A stretch of DNA of 64,000 nucleotides from an uncultured Chthoniobacterales bacterium. Its GTDB lineage: Bacteria; Verrucomicrobiota; Verrucomicrobiia; Chthoniobacterales; Terrimicrobiaceae. Below, in pieces: positions 20,952 through 31,759 of this stretch. Numbering within the stretch: the stretch's first letter is position 1; each line of letters starts with the position of its first letter. Location of the stretch: contig CAZKHB010000015.1 of the NCBI GenBank assembly GCA_964552635.1, forward strand, positions 15,619 to 79,618. Direction: 5' to 3'. The notes beneath the pieces are model-generated. The model saw only the letters and a list, made by a program, of their open reading frames with translations, ran no database searches and was not told the DNA's origin. The position numbers and the translations under genes are program-made.

Positions 20952-21072
20952 GTCTGTTTTCCCGGTTTGTCACCGGGTCTCCGTGGAGCGGCTGTTCGTT
21001 TCGTAGGATCCCCGGACTCGCCGGCTCCGTATCCCCCGCCGGTGCGGGGGCAGTCCGTGGGATCGAAAAAGG

Positions 21073-21285
21073 CTAGTTGTGGAAGGGCAGGCAGGCCTTG
21101 ATGCGGTCGACGTCCGATTCATGGACGACGGCGGCCTTGGCGAGCTTGCGCTTGGTCTTGGCGTTCTTGCTGGAGAGCAGGTGACGGCGCTTCGCCTTCG
21201 AGCGGACGAGCTTGCCGGTCCCGGTGACCTTGAAGCGCTTGGCCACGGACTTGCGCGTTTTGCTGCGTGCGATGGGTTTTGGCAT
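21073..21285 (-). CDS. rpmI: 50S ribosomal protein L35
   Basis: MPKPIARSKTRKSVAKRFKVTGTGKLVRSKA, 70 aa. Confidence 0.85.
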   Translation of the reverse strand: MPKPIARSKTRKSVAKRFKVTGTGKLVRSKAKRRHLLSSKNAKTKRKLAKAAVVHESDVDRIKACLPFHN

Positions 21286-21347
21286 GGGAAAAGGGTCAAG
21301 AGGCTACCAGTGCCCCCGCCGTTAGCAACCCTTTTCTTCGCCCCCAG

Positions 21348-21671
21348 TCACGGAACTTCGATCGCCTCGCAAACATCGCGCCAACCCGGGAAGTTCCATC
21401 CGTTCGGAAAATCCCGGCACTGCGAGGGCTTCACGGGCTGAATGGCGCAGTCCCGACCCTGCAGGAAGATACACGAGCCGTCCGGGTGGTCAATGAGGGC
21501 GAGCCCGTCGCGGTTCGGGCGGAGTCGGGTGTGGGTTTGGATGAAGGTGTGCTCGTCCATGCCGAGATGGCCGGCGATGGCCGCGACGTCTGCATCCGTG
21601 ATGCGCACGAAGCCCGGCCACCGGCAGCAATTCGTACAGCGCTGGCAGAGATACGTTGGCGGTTTCTTCAT
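21348..21671 (-). CDS. YkgJ family cysteine-cluster (Fe/Zn-chelating) protein
   Basis: CQRCTNCCRWPGFVRITDADV...SCIFL...CAIQPVKPSQCRDFP is the UPF0153 CxxCxxCC pattern. Confidence 0.6.
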   Translation of the reverse strand: MKKPPTYLCQRCTNCCRWPGFVRITDADVAAIAGHLGMDEHTFIQTHTRLRPNRDGLALIDHPDGSCIFLQGRDCAIQPVKPSQCRDFPNGWNFPGWRDVCEAIEVP

Positions 21672-21766
21672 GTCCTCCTGCCATTCCGCCGGTGCCTGCC
21701 GGGCACGTCAACCCGGTTCGCGCAAAAATGTTGGCCGAATCCCTCCCCGCAGGATAAAAAGCCCCC

Positions 21767-22885
21767 GTGAGCGAAGAATCCCCCGCGATCGAAGTGGTGG
21801 ACCAGCAGGAGGTCCGCACGCTCGAGCATGTTGACCAGTATCTGGCCATTGGCAAAGAGTCCGAGGCCTCCGACATTCACCTCTCTGTGAACTCCCGCCC
21901 GGTGTGGCGCCGGTTCGGTCTTCTTGAGCCGATCTGGCAGCAGGCTCCCATGCTGACGGCGGAGGACACCGAACGGCTGGCGATGGGGTTTTTGAATGAC
22001 GCCCAGCGCGCACTTCTGGAGGAACGTGGCGACGTGGACTTTGCGTATTCGAACGCCATGGGCCGCTTCCGTACAAGCGTCGTCCGCCAGCGCCTCGGCT
22101 ACGAACTCGTATTCCGCATCATCAACAGTACCGTGCGTTCGATGGACGAGCTCGGGCTTCCTCCGCAACTCAAGCTCCTCACCCAATACCACAACGGCCT
22201 CGTGCTCGTGACGGGATCGGTCGGCAGCGGAAAGAGCACGACGCTCGCCGCCCTCGTGGATGAAATCAACCGCGCCCGCCGCGACCACATCATCACGCTG
22301 GAAGATCCCATCGAATACATCATCCCCTCGAAAGGATGCCACGTGACGCAGCGTGAAGTGCACACGCACACGAAGTCCTTCGCCAACGCCCTCCGTGGTG
22401 CCCTGCGTGAAGACCCCGACGTGATCATGGTCGGGGAAATGCGCGACCTGGAGACGATCTCGCTCGCCATCACCGCCTCGGAGACCGGCCACCTCGTGCT
22501 CGGTACGCTGCACACCAGCAACGCCGCCCGAACGCTCGACCGCGTGCTCGACGTCTTCCCCACCGACCAGCGCGACCAGATCCGCATCATGGTGAGCGAA
22601 TCCCTGCGCGGCATCGTCTCCCAGCAACTCATCCCCCGGGCCGACGGCCGCGGCCGCGCACTCGCCATCGAGATTCTCATGAATACGCCCGCCGTCGGCA
22701 ACGTCATCCGTGAGGCGAAAACGTTCATGCTCCCCGGCATTATCCAGACCGGCCGCAAGCTCGGCATGCAGCTCATGGATGACTCCATCAAAGAGCTCTA
22801 CGAGGCCGGCACCATCTCCGCGGAAGAGGCCGTCTACCGCGCGGAACAGAAACAACTGATGCTGCAAATCACCGGACAACTCTGA
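21767..22885 (+). CDS. pilT: type IV pilus retraction ATPase PilT
   Basis: GLVLVTGSVGSGKSTTLAALVDEIN...IITLEDPIEY...DPDVIMVGEMRDLETI...GHLVLGTLHTS. Confidence 0.85.
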   Translation: MSEESPAIEVVDQQEVRTLEHVDQYLAIGKESEASDIHLSVNSRPVWRRFGLLEPIWQQAPMLTAEDTERLAMGFLNDAQRALLEERGDVDFAYSNAMGRFRTSVVRQRLGYELVFRIINSTVRSMDELGLPPQLKLLTQYHNGLVLVTGSVGSGKSTTLAALVDEINRARRDHIITLEDPIEYIIPSKGCHVTQREVHTHTKSFANALRGALREDPDVIMVGEMRDLETISLAITASETGHLVLGTLHTSNAARTLDRVLDVFPTDQRDQIRIMVSESLRGIVSQQLIPRADGRGRALAIEILMNTPAVGNVIREAKTFMLPGIIQTGRKLGMQLMDDSIKELYEAGTISAEEAVYRAEQKQLMLQITGQL

Positions 22886-22888
22886 GCC

Positions 22889-24067
<1,179 letters not shown>

Positions 24068-24075
24068 GTCCCCCC

Positions 24076-24999
24076 ATGCGGGCCCTGCTCCACATCCGCC
24101 CCCCGGCCGGCGAACCGTTCGAAGTCGAGATCGGCAACACCGCCACCATCGGCCGCGGTCGTGACAACACGGTGAGCCTGGCGACGAGCCCGCTCGTCTC
24201 GCGCCAGCACGCCATCATCCGCTGCCACAACTCCTGGCAATACCAGATCATGGACCTCGGCAGCCGCAACGGGACGTTTGTGAACGGCCGCCGCGTCATC
24301 ACCCCAGTGACCCTCGACGAAGGTGCGGCCATCCGGGCCGCCGATACCGAGATCACCTTGCGCCTTCTGGAGTCCCCCGAGGCCGGGCCGCTCGCCGAAA
24401 TGACGATGGCCGCCGGGACGTCGGTCGCCGGCGACCACACAGCTACCGTCGCCGTCATGGTCTGCGACATCCGCGGCTTTTCCACGATGTCCGAGATCCT
24501 TCCCGAGGACCAACTCGCCCGCACACTCGGCGATTGGTTCCGCCAAGCGGGTGACATTTTGCAATCCGAGGGCGGCTCCATCGACAAATTCATCGGTGAT
24601 GCCGTCCTCGCCTATTGGGTGCAGGCGGCGGGCGAGCCCGGTGAGGAAGCCCGCCGTGCTTTTGCCGCCGGTGTGCGACTCCTTGAGACCGCCGCCGGAC
24701 GCCGCTGGCCGCACGATGCCACCGCCCCGTTCCGCATCGCCGTCGCGCTTCACCACGGGCCCGTCACCTGCGGAAACATCGGTCTCGTCGCCCAGCGCGA
24801 CGCCACGATCATCGGCGACACGGTGAACACGGTTTTCCGCATGGAGGGTGTGATGAAGCAATTCGACCAGCGCCTCACCGCCTCGGCAGATTTCGTCTCT
24901 CTCCTCGCCACGCCGGAACGCGAACGCTTCGAGGACCTCGGCGAACACCAACTCAAGGGCAAGAACCAGCACGTCCGCCTCGCCGGACTCCGCCCCTGA
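24076..24999 (+). CDS. FHA domain / class III adenylate-guanylate cyclase fusion protein
   Basis: N-terminal FHA (TIGRGRDNTVSL...VSRQHAIIR...IMDLGSRNGTFVNG). C-terminal cyclase (VMVCDIRGFSTMSE, KFIGDAVLAYW, GDTVNTVFRME). 8 nt after pilU. Confidence 0.75.
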   Translation: MRALLHIRPPAGEPFEVEIGNTATIGRGRDNTVSLATSPLVSRQHAIIRCHNSWQYQIMDLGSRNGTFVNGRRVITPVTLDEGAAIRAADTEITLRLLESPEAGPLAEMTMAAGTSVAGDHTATVAVMVCDIRGFSTMSEILPEDQLARTLGDWFRQAGDILQSEGGSIDKFIGDAVLAYWVQAAGEPGEEARRAFAAGVRLLETAAGRRWPHDATAPFRIAVALHHGPVTCGNIGLVAQRDATIIGDTVNTVFRMEGVMKQFDQRLTASADFVSLLATPERERFEDLGEHQLKGKNQHVRLAGLRP

Positions 25000-25003
25000 T
25001 CCC

Positions 25004-25414
25004 ATGCGCCACTTCAAACCCGGACGCGGCCCCTCGGCCATGGGTGCCTTCGGGGGCATCATCGGCGTGCTCTTCGGCATATTCTGGACCGTTATGGCCT
25101 ACTCGATGACGCGGAATGCCCCCGAGCCCTTCGCCACATTTTTCCCGTTGTTCGGCGTCCTGTTCGTCCTCGTCGGAATCGTGAATGTCGCCTACAACCT
25201 CTACAACGCGACGCAGAAGAAACGTCTCTCACTCCTCGATCTCACCTCGCCCTCCGAAGAGGCCGATCCGCTGGGGGAAATCGTCGACCGGACCGGGGGC
25301 GACGATGGCTCGGTCGAATCGAAACTCCGCGAACTCAATGCCCTCCGCGACAAAGGTCTCGTCACGGACACGGAATACGCCGCGCAACGTCAGCGCATCC
25401 TCAACTCCCTCTGA
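25004..25414 (+). CDS. membrane protein with C-terminal SHOCT domain
   Basis: Two TM helices, then KLRELNALRDKGLVTDTEYAAQRQRIL (SHOCT-like); 4 nt after the cyclase gene. Confidence 0.5.
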   Translation: MRHFKPGRGPSAMGAFGGIIGVLFGIFWTVMAYSMTRNAPEPFATFFPLFGVLFVLVGIVNVAYNLYNATQKKRLSLLDLTSPSEEADPLGEIVDRTGGDDGSVESKLRELNALRDKGLVTDTEYAAQRQRILNSL

Positions 25415-26141
25415 TCCCGCGCGGCGGGCGGAACGCCTGGAACCGCGTGGCCGGTGCGCCGCATTCCTCGAGGTCCCGCGAGAGGTCGCACAGATCGGAT
25501 TCCGTGAGCCCGTGGACCGTTGTGCGGAGTTCGAAGGGCTTGCCGCTGCGAAGGATGGCGGCCAGTGCGCTGCGGACGGATTCCTCGGCACCCCGCCGAC
25601 CGGTGAGCCGGCCATACCGCGCATCGAGCGGTGCCTTGATGTCGAGCCCGATCCAATCGAGATCGGGCAGGAGAGATTCCAGCCGCTCGGGGAAAGCTCC
25701 TGCGGTGTGAAGGCCTGCGAGGAATCCCATCGCGCGCACCTCGCGAATCGCACGTCCAAGTCCGGCCTGCGCCGTCGGCTCGCCGCCGCTGAAGACCACG
25801 GCTTCGAGAAATCCTTTGCGCTCGGCCAATGAGTCGCGCACCTCACTCCAAGTGAGAGTTCCCGCATGGAACGCTTGCAGGTGGGCATTGTGGCAATACC
25901 CGCACCGCCACGGGCAGCCCTGGCAAAAAACAACCGCTGCAAGACGGCCGGGGAAATCCACCGTTGTAAACGGCACGAACCCCCCGACCCGCAACTCGCA
26001 CGCCCCGCTCAAGCCGCTTTGCGGCAGGCGTGCGTCCGCGCCTCGACAAACGGCGTGCGTTCGCGGTGTTCGCTTTGTTTCCCGGCATTGAACTGCGAGA
26101 CCGGGCGGTGGTAGCCCATCACGCGCGTCCAAACTTCGCAT
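25401..26141 (-). CDS. nrdG: anaerobic ribonucleoside-triphosphate reductase activating protein (radical SAM)
   Basis: FTTVDFPGRLAAVVFCQGCPWRCGYCHN is the NrdG CxxxCxxC region. The true start is probably downstream of 26141 (TTG near 25994 possible). Confidence 0.7.
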   Translation of the reverse strand: MRSLDARDGLPPPGLAVQCRETKRTPRTHAVCRGADARLPQSGLSGACELRVGGFVPFTTVDFPGRLAAVVFCQGCPWRCGYCHNAHLQAFHAGTLTWSEVRDSLAERKGFLEAVVFSGGEPTAQAGLGRAIREVRAMGFLAGLHTAGAFPERLESLLPDLDWIGLDIKAPLDARYGRLTGRRGAEESVRSALAAILRSGKPFELRTTVHGLTESDLCDLSRDLEECGAPATRFQAFRPPRGIRGS

Positions 26142-26174
26142 TTCGTGCGTTCGGTTCGTTGGGTTTTCATGGAT

Positions 26175-27887
26175 TCATGCCGCGGCGGAAGGCGAAGCCG
26201 CGATCTCGGCATCGCACACGGGACAATACTCGTGCTCGCCGGCGAGGTAGCCATGGTGCGGGCAGATCGAGAACGTCGGGGTGATCGTCAGGTAGGGCAG
26301 CCGGAAGTTTGTGAACACCCGACGAATCAACTCCCCGCACGCACGGGCCGAGGAGAGCCGTTCGTTCATGTAAAGATGAAGCACCGTGCCGCCCGTGTAG
26401 CGCGTCTGGAGGTCGTCCTGATGCCGCAAAGCGACAAAGGGATCATCCGTCCAGCCGACCGGGAGCTGGGTGGAATTCGTGTAGAACGGGGCCTCCGGCG
26501 TCCCTGCTTGCAGGATACCCTCGAGATTCCGCTGGTCCATCCGCGCAAACCGGTAAGTCGCGCCCTCGGCCGGCGAGGCTTCCAAGTTGTAGAGGTGGCC
26601 GGTTTCCTCCTGGAACGCGACCATGCGGACCCGCATGTGATCGAGCACACGCAGGGCGAAGGCACGACCCCACGGCGTTGCGATGTGTTCCGAGTCCTTC
26701 GTGAAGTTCCGGATGCACTCGTTCATGCCGTTGATGCCAACCGTGGAAAAATGGTTCCGCAGCGTGCCCAGATACCGCCGCGTGAAGGGATACAGTCCGC
26801 GATCGATATGCTCCTGAATCACCCGGCGCTTGATCTCCAGACTCTGCCGCGCAAGCTCCATGAGGTGGTCGAGTCGCTCCAGAAGCGCCTCTTCGCGGCC
26901 CGAGAAAAGATACCCGAGCCGGGCGGCATTGATGGTCACCACGCCAATCGAACCGGTTTGCTCAGCCGAGCCGAAGAGGCCGTTCCCCCGCTTCAGCAAC
27001 TCCCGGAGGTCCAACTGCAACCGGCAGCACATCGAGCGCACCATGTTCGGCTTGAGCTCGGAGTTGAGAAAGTTCTGGAAATACGGCAGCCCGTACTTCG
27101 CGGTCACCTCAAAGAGAAGCTGCGCTGTCTCGCTCTCCCACGGGAAGTCCTCGGTGATGTTGTAGGTGGGAATCGGGAATGTGAACACCCGCTCGCGGGC
27201 ATCGCCGCGCGCCATCACGCGCAGGAACGCCCGGTTGATCAGATCCATCTCCGCACCCAACTCGCCGTAGGTGAACCCCGCCTCGCGTCCTCCGACATGC
27301 GCCGGCGTTTCCCGCAGGTCCTCCGGACAGACCCAATCGAATGTCAGATTCGTGAACGGCGTCTGAGTGCCCCAGCGCGAAGGCACGTTCAGATTGAATA
27401 CGAACTCTTGCAGGCCCTGCTCAACCTCCTCCGGCGACAATCGATCCGCCCGCACATACGCCGCCAGATACGTATCAACCGAACTGAACGCCTGCGCGCC
27501 CGCCCATTCGTTCTGCAGCGTACCCAAAAAGTTCACCATCTGCCCGAGTGCCGTGCGGAAATGCCGCGGCGGCGCCGACTCGACCTTGTTCGCCACGCCA
27601 TTGAACCCCTCCGCCAACAACTGCCGCAGCGACCACCCCGCGCAGTAACCCGAGAACATATCCAGATCATGAATGTGGATGTCCGCGTGCCGGTGCGCCT
27701 GGCCCACCGGCGGTGGATAAATGTGGTCCAGCCAATAGTTCGCCGTGAGCTTCCCCGCCGCATTCAGAATCATCCCCCCCAACGAATACCCCTGGTTCGC
27801 ATTCGCACTCACCCGCCAGTCCGTCCGACCGATGTATTCCTCAAGAACTTTCGCGGGATCAACAGACGTGGTCGGGATGTCGGACAT
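26175..27887 (-). CDS. nrdD: anaerobic ribonucleoside-triphosphate reductase
   Basis: 570 aa with a C-terminal glycyl-radical region (...RMDQRNLEG...) and zinc-ribbon tail CPHHGYLAGEHEYCPVCD. Confidence 0.85.
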   Translation of the reverse strand: MSDIPTTSVDPAKVLEEYIGRTDWRVSANANQGYSLGGMILNAAGKLTANYWLDHIYPPPVGQAHRHADIHIHDLDMFSGYCAGWSLRQLLAEGFNGVANKVESAPPRHFRTALGQMVNFLGTLQNEWAGAQAFSSVDTYLAAYVRADRLSPEEVEQGLQEFVFNLNVPSRWGTQTPFTNLTFDWVCPEDLRETPAHVGGREAGFTYGELGAEMDLINRAFLRVMARGDARERVFTFPIPTYNITEDFPWESETAQLLFEVTAKYGLPYFQNFLNSELKPNMVRSMCCRLQLDLRELLKRGNGLFGSAEQTGSIGVVTINAARLGYLFSGREEALLERLDHLMELARQSLEIKRRVIQEHIDRGLYPFTRRYLGTLRNHFSTVGINGMNECIRNFTKDSEHIATPWGRAFALRVLDHMRVRMVAFQEETGHLYNLEASPAEGATYRFARMDQRNLEGILQAGTPEAPFYTNSTQLPVGWTDDPFVALRHQDDLQTRYTGGTVLHLYMNERLSSARACGELIRRVFTNFRLPYLTITPTFSICPHHGYLAGEHEYCPVCDAEIAASPSAAA

Positions 27888-28075
27888 GGGGAGAAATCGG
27901 TGTTAAGCTCTACATCTGGTGGGTGGACTCCAAAAAATGTGCCGCATCTTGTGCACACGCCCGCCCGGACTTCCTTGATCGCCATCAAGCCCGGGTAGGA
28001 AAAAGCGGGGTCCTTTGTGCGAATCTCTCAGGAAGGCTTTGAGCCGGAACGCGGCTATCTTCTTTTCCTGACCCG

Positions 28076-28678
28076 TCAATCGTTCGACGGTACTACAATG
28101 GCTTCGACGGTGGCTTGTTTGCGCCCAAGCCGAGCAATACCAACAACACTAGCGATGAGAGCGGCAAAGTAGAGCGCAGCCCAAGTGGTCGGTCCCCAAG
28201 TTACCGAACCTCCAAAATCAGACAAGGAACCTTGGTCGTTCATGATTCGAATTGCAAAGAGGAGCGCGGGTGCGAAGAGCACCAGCGCGACTCCCTTCAA
28301 AATCTTCGAGACTGGGCGACGTATAACGATCAAAATGGCTGGCACGACGCTTCCAAGCAGAAGCGTGAACCATGCCACTGCTTTCTTACCAAAGAGTAAC
28401 CCTTCAATCTGCCGCTGTGCTTCCTGATGCACTCCGGCCATCGCTCCCAGTGCGGAGACGTCGAAGGAGATATTCAGAAGGGGAAAAAACAGTAGAATGA
28501 AGATGCTGACGTAAAACCCACCCAAAAAAGTCCTGCGGCCCGTAAGGTCGTCGGGTTTAAATGGGGAGAAGTTTATGTTTGGTTTGATGGTCTCGTTTGT
28601 GGTATTCATCGAATCGTTTGGGTTGGCGTGGAAATCTCGTAGCGAATGCTCATCTTGTTGCCGTCCGTCCCGACGCAC
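28076..28678 (-). CDS. hypothetical membrane protein (first gene of low-GC island)
   Basis: Four predicted TM helices; local GC about 53-58% against 65-70% in the flanks. Start uncertain (28678 or 28609). Confidence 0.45.
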   Translation of the reverse strand: MRRDGRQQDEHSLRDFHANPNDSMNTTNETIKPNINFSPFKPDDLTGRRTFLGGFYVSIFILLFFPLLNISFDVSALGAMAGVHQEAQRQIEGLLFGKKAVAWFTLLLGSVVPAILIVIRRPVSKILKGVALVLFAPALLFAIRIMNDQGSLSDFGGSVTWGPTTWAALYFAALIASVVGIARLGRKQATVEAIVVPSND

Positions 28679-28706
28679 GCCGGGGAATCACTGATCGGGC
28701 TTCTCG

Positions 28707-29348
28707 CTATGGAGCGCCCGGTCCGATGTCTTGTGTGAACTGCTGTCCACCATTCGCGAGAACGAGGGTGATTTTGTGAATCTTCAGATAGACCACCTTG
28801 CGTGTGGCGTAATTGATCGTTTCCTCCACGGATTTGTCGAGGGTGCCCGTGTATGTAATCGCGACGGTGCGTGACGACTTGAGAGCTGTGGCAGCCTTCT
28901 TGGCCTCCTCCAGTGGCACGGAGATATGGCTGACTTCTTGAGGGTTCGTGAACCGAACGACATAGTCGCCACGGAAAGGAATGAAGGAATCGGGCGCCGT
29001 GCCAGTCGGGAAAGCCTTTCTGGTGAAATCATAATCCTCAAGTTGCGTGCCTACGGTCACAGTGAAATCTTTTGTTTCCGCTGCCTCCTTGATGCGTCGA
29101 TCGATGACGGGGTTCAACTTCTCCAGAAATTCATGGCGCGAAAACTCGTCGCGCTGTTGGCGGTAGTCTGCACTCATCGACTCTGCGATGCGTTCTCGCG
29201 GCGTGGGGATGTCAGCCTTTACCTCGTAGAGTATGGCGACGGTCTGGTCTGTGATTTCACTTCCAGTGGCGATTCCCGCCAGTGCAATGCAAAGGAAGGA
29301 CGGCAACAGGCGGCGGGTCAAGTTCTCAAGGATGCTGATCATTCTCAT
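28707..29348 (-). CDS. hypothetical secreted protein
   Basis: MRMISILENLTRRLLPSFLCIALAGIATGSEI signal peptide; low-GC region. Confidence 0.5.
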   Translation of the reverse strand: MRMISILENLTRRLLPSFLCIALAGIATGSEITDQTVAILYEVKADIPTPRERIAESMSADYRQQRDEFSRHEFLEKLNPVIDRRIKEAAETKDFTVTVGTQLEDYDFTRKAFPTGTAPDSFIPFRGDYVVRFTNPQEVSHISVPLEEAKKAATALKSSRTVAITYTGTLDKSVEETINYATRKVVYLKIHKITLVLANGGQQFTQDIGPGAP

Positions 29349-29394
29349 CACACAAGCACGCGCAAAACCAACCGGCGGACGGACAGGCACAGGT

Positions 29395-29782
29395 TCAGAT
29401 TCCGCTGATCAGGACGAAGAGGAAAGCGACGCCGGCGAGGGTGAGAATTGCTGCATTGAGCAGAATCCCCGAAATGCCCAGTTTTCGGGCATTCATCGCA
29501 AAGGAAACGACTCCGAGCACCAAACCGACCAAGTGCACGATGAGGCCGAAAAAAGCCCATTGCCAGCAGTATCAGAAGATTCGCCCCTTCTCCGGGGGTT
29601 GCAGCAGCGAGGCATACGAACGCAAACGCGAGCAGGGGAAGGATACCGACCAGAGCGATGACGACAGAACAGACGCCGAAAATTCTCCCGCGCGATTTCG
29701 GGGTTGGTGGAAGAGGCGTCGGTGTCTGCACTGTGGGTGCGGGTTGGGGAACAGGCTCGTTGGGTAGTGCTTGATCACTCAT
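29395..29782 (-). pseudogene. small proline-rich/4-TM membrane protein gene (DUF4190-like) disrupted by +1 frameshift in A6/T6 homopolymer (29549-29554)
   Basis: Frame 0 reads MSDQALPNEPVPQPAPTVQTPTPLPPTPKSRGRIFGVCSVVIALVGILPLLAFAFVCLAAATPGEGANLLILLAMGFF, then R-rich junk. The -1 frame continues cleanly as GLIVHLVGLVLGVVSFAMNARKLGISGILLNAAILTLAGVAFLFVLISGI*. Deleting one T/A restores a 128-aa ORF. Confidence 0.5.
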
Positions 29783-29823
29783 CACTACAACCCGCGTGGA
29801 ACCAGGCGGAAAACGGACAGCGC

Positions 29824-30663
29824 TCAGTTCACGCCAAAATTCTGGACCCAGTAGGGGCCGCAGTTGCCGACGCCGAGGGTTTTGGCTTCGCGCCGAAGAA
29901 TGTTCTGTCGGTGGCCCGGGGATCGCATCCACATCGCGACGACTTCCTCTGGATTGGCTCCACTTTGGGCGATGTTTTCGCCTCGGGCCTTCAAGCTGAA
30001 GCGGCGCATGCGGGTTTGAGGATCGAGGGTGCCGGTTTTGCCGAGAGTTCGGTGATCAAAGTAGCGGAAGTTGGCCATGTGTGCCGCATGGAACCTCGCA
30101 GCGCGGGCGAGGTCCTCATCCCACTTCAGCGGCGGAAGGCCCCGCGCAGCGCGCTCGGCATTGGTGAGAGTGAGCACCCGCTTTTCTCTATGAACGCAGG
30201 CGGCACGAATGTCCTCCCGGCCGGTCGGAAGATCGGGCACAGGTGGCGCACGGAAGGCAACGTGTTGGACCGGCGTGCGTGAGCTGCGACTCCCGCAGCT
30301 CGGACGCTGAAGGGTCACCATACGCTCCCGTTGCGCCTGGGCTTCGACGAAGGCGGGAATGACTCCTGTGGCCTTAACATCCGAAGCGTTCACCCATGTG
30401 CTCCCGCTTGCCGCTCGGACCTCCGTACGGCCGTTCTCAGTGCGAAGGATGAGAACCGGGGTGCCAGGTTGCAGCACCGCGCTCCCTACAACCTCGCCGT
30501 GCAGGAATAGTGAAATGGGCGCTTGCGCGGTGAGCACGCCTCCTGTTTCCGCCCACACGAACAAGGGTGCCAAAAGCGTCAGAAGGGCTGCGATTTGAAG
30601 AGGTGCGTGACGCGTTAGTGCTCTTGAGCGGAAGTTTGGAAACTGGGCCACGACGTTTGTCAT
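29824..30663 (-). CDS. secreted SH3b-like + CAP/SCP (YkwD-type) domain protein
   Basis: Signal peptide LLTLLAPLFVWAETGGVLTAQA. SH3b-like GTPVLILRTENGRTEVRAASGSTWVNASDV. CAP domain LTNAERAARGLPPLKWDEDLARAARFHAAHM...MWMRSPGHRQNIL. Confidence 0.65.
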   Translation of the reverse strand: MTNVVAQFPNFRSRALTRHAPLQIAALLTLLAPLFVWAETGGVLTAQAPISLFLHGEVVGSAVLQPGTPVLILRTENGRTEVRAASGSTWVNASDVKATGVIPAFVEAQAQRERMVTLQRPSCGSRSSRTPVQHVAFRAPPVPDLPTGREDIRAACVHREKRVLTLTNAERAARGLPPLKWDEDLARAARFHAAHMANFRYFDHRTLGKTGTLDPQTRMRRFSLKARGENIAQSGANPEEVVAMWMRSPGHRQNILRREAKTLGVGNCGPYWVQNFGVN

Positions 30664-30684
30664 AGCGAGGGCGCCTCTGGAGCC

Positions 30685-31428
30685 TCAGTTCTGAGGACTT
30701 GCACCTTTACTCAGGGCGGTCTTCAGATCCTCGAAGCCGATTGCATCGGCGATTGTTTGGGCGGTAGGGTTCACGATTTTTGTTCCGCCGATCTCGATCG
30801 GAACGGGAATACCGGCTGGTTTTGCTGGGTTCGCACCGTGTTTCACCAGAGCCCTCACCAACTCGACCACCTTGTAACGATCGAGTTTGCCCCGCCCCTC
30901 GGCCAGCATTCGAACAATGCGGAGGAGCGGCGGTTCTTGGGGCATACACACACCTTGGTTCGGGTCCGCTCCCGCATCGAGCAGATACTCCAACTCACCC
31001 GGGCTCAGTTTTTCGGGGTAGCTGACGGCATTGTAGGACACGCGGGGGTCCGACAGACGATTTTGAACAAACTTCGGATCGGACCCACTTTCCACAAGGA
31101 GACGAAAGACGTCGATCCGGGACTCACTTTTGGGAACAAGATCCACAGCGGAACAGAGTGCATTCGTATTTAATCCATCCACAACAAACCCTGCGCTGGC
31201 GACTTCAGGGTGCTCCTTCAAACACGCTCGGATGGAACCAATTTCGCCCGACTTCAGGAGCTGAAGAAACTGCTCAACAGCATCGGGCGCTGCTGATTCA
31301 GCAGGCAGTGGTGCACACGCGAGGACGCTAACAAGAACCACGCCCAACGTAGCAATGCATCGTTTACGAATTGCAGCCAGAGGGGGTGAGGTATTCACAA
31401 TATGTAACGCGTGAGAACGTCTGCGCAA
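30685..31428 (-). CDS. secreted ankyrin-repeat-like protein
   Basis: Signal peptide followed by repeated helix-turn-helix segments such as LLVESGSDPKFVQNRL, YLLDAGADPNQGV and LVKHGANPAKPAG. Confidence 0.5.
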   Translation of the reverse strand: MRRRSHALHIVNTSPPLAAIRKRCIATLGVVLVSVLACAPLPAESAAPDAVEQFLQLLKSGEIGSIRACLKEHPEVASAGFVVDGLNTNALCSAVDLVPKSESRIDVFRLLVESGSDPKFVQNRLSDPRVSYNAVSYPEKLSPGELEYLLDAGADPNQGVCMPQEPPLLRIVRMLAEGRGKLDRYKVVELVRALVKHGANPAKPAGIPVPIEIGGTKIVNPTAQTIADAIGFEDLKTALSKGASPQN

Positions 31429-31473
31429 CGGACATGCTGTCTCGATTTTTTCATTCTCCCTGCGAAGTGGCCT

Positions 31474-31665
31474 TCACCGAACTAAACGGTTGCTTCTCGT
31501 GACGTGGCCCTCCGGGCAGACGTAACGCAAACCCTCCGTCGTGGCTCCCGGCTCATAGACTGCCGTTTTGCCGCATACGACGCAGGGGATTCCTCTTGTC
31601 GCTGGTTGACAGCCCGGGTGACCGAGTCCAAGGAATACCAGAAGGATAACAATGATGACGAGCAT
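31474..31665 (-). CDS. small signal-anchored zinc-ribbon-like protein (63 aa)
   Basis: MLVIIVILLVFLGLGHPGC then CVVCGK...YVCPEGH (CxxC...CPxxH). A truncated paralog lies at 36820-36912. Confidence 0.4.
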   Translation of the reverse strand: MLVIIVILLVFLGLGHPGCQPATRGIPCVVCGKTAVYEPGATTEGLRYVCPEGHVTRSNRLVR

Positions 31666-31759
31666 AGGTTGATCAGGTTGTTGATGATTCCACGAATCCG
31701 CATCCCTCGCGACGAGGACTCACTGAGATCGTGCGCAGAAAGCCCCATGAAACGGGCAA

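Noticed and set aside
21286-21766. Expected infC upstream of rpmI-rplT
   Set aside because: The upstream minus-strand gene is a YkgJ-type cysteine-cluster protein, not IF3. infC must lie elsewhere, and this is not evidence of anything unusual.
27888-28075. NrdR box or riboswitch upstream of nrdD
   Set aside because: No convincing palindrome matching the NrdR consensus and no conserved riboswitch-like structure could be identified by eye in the 188-nt region.
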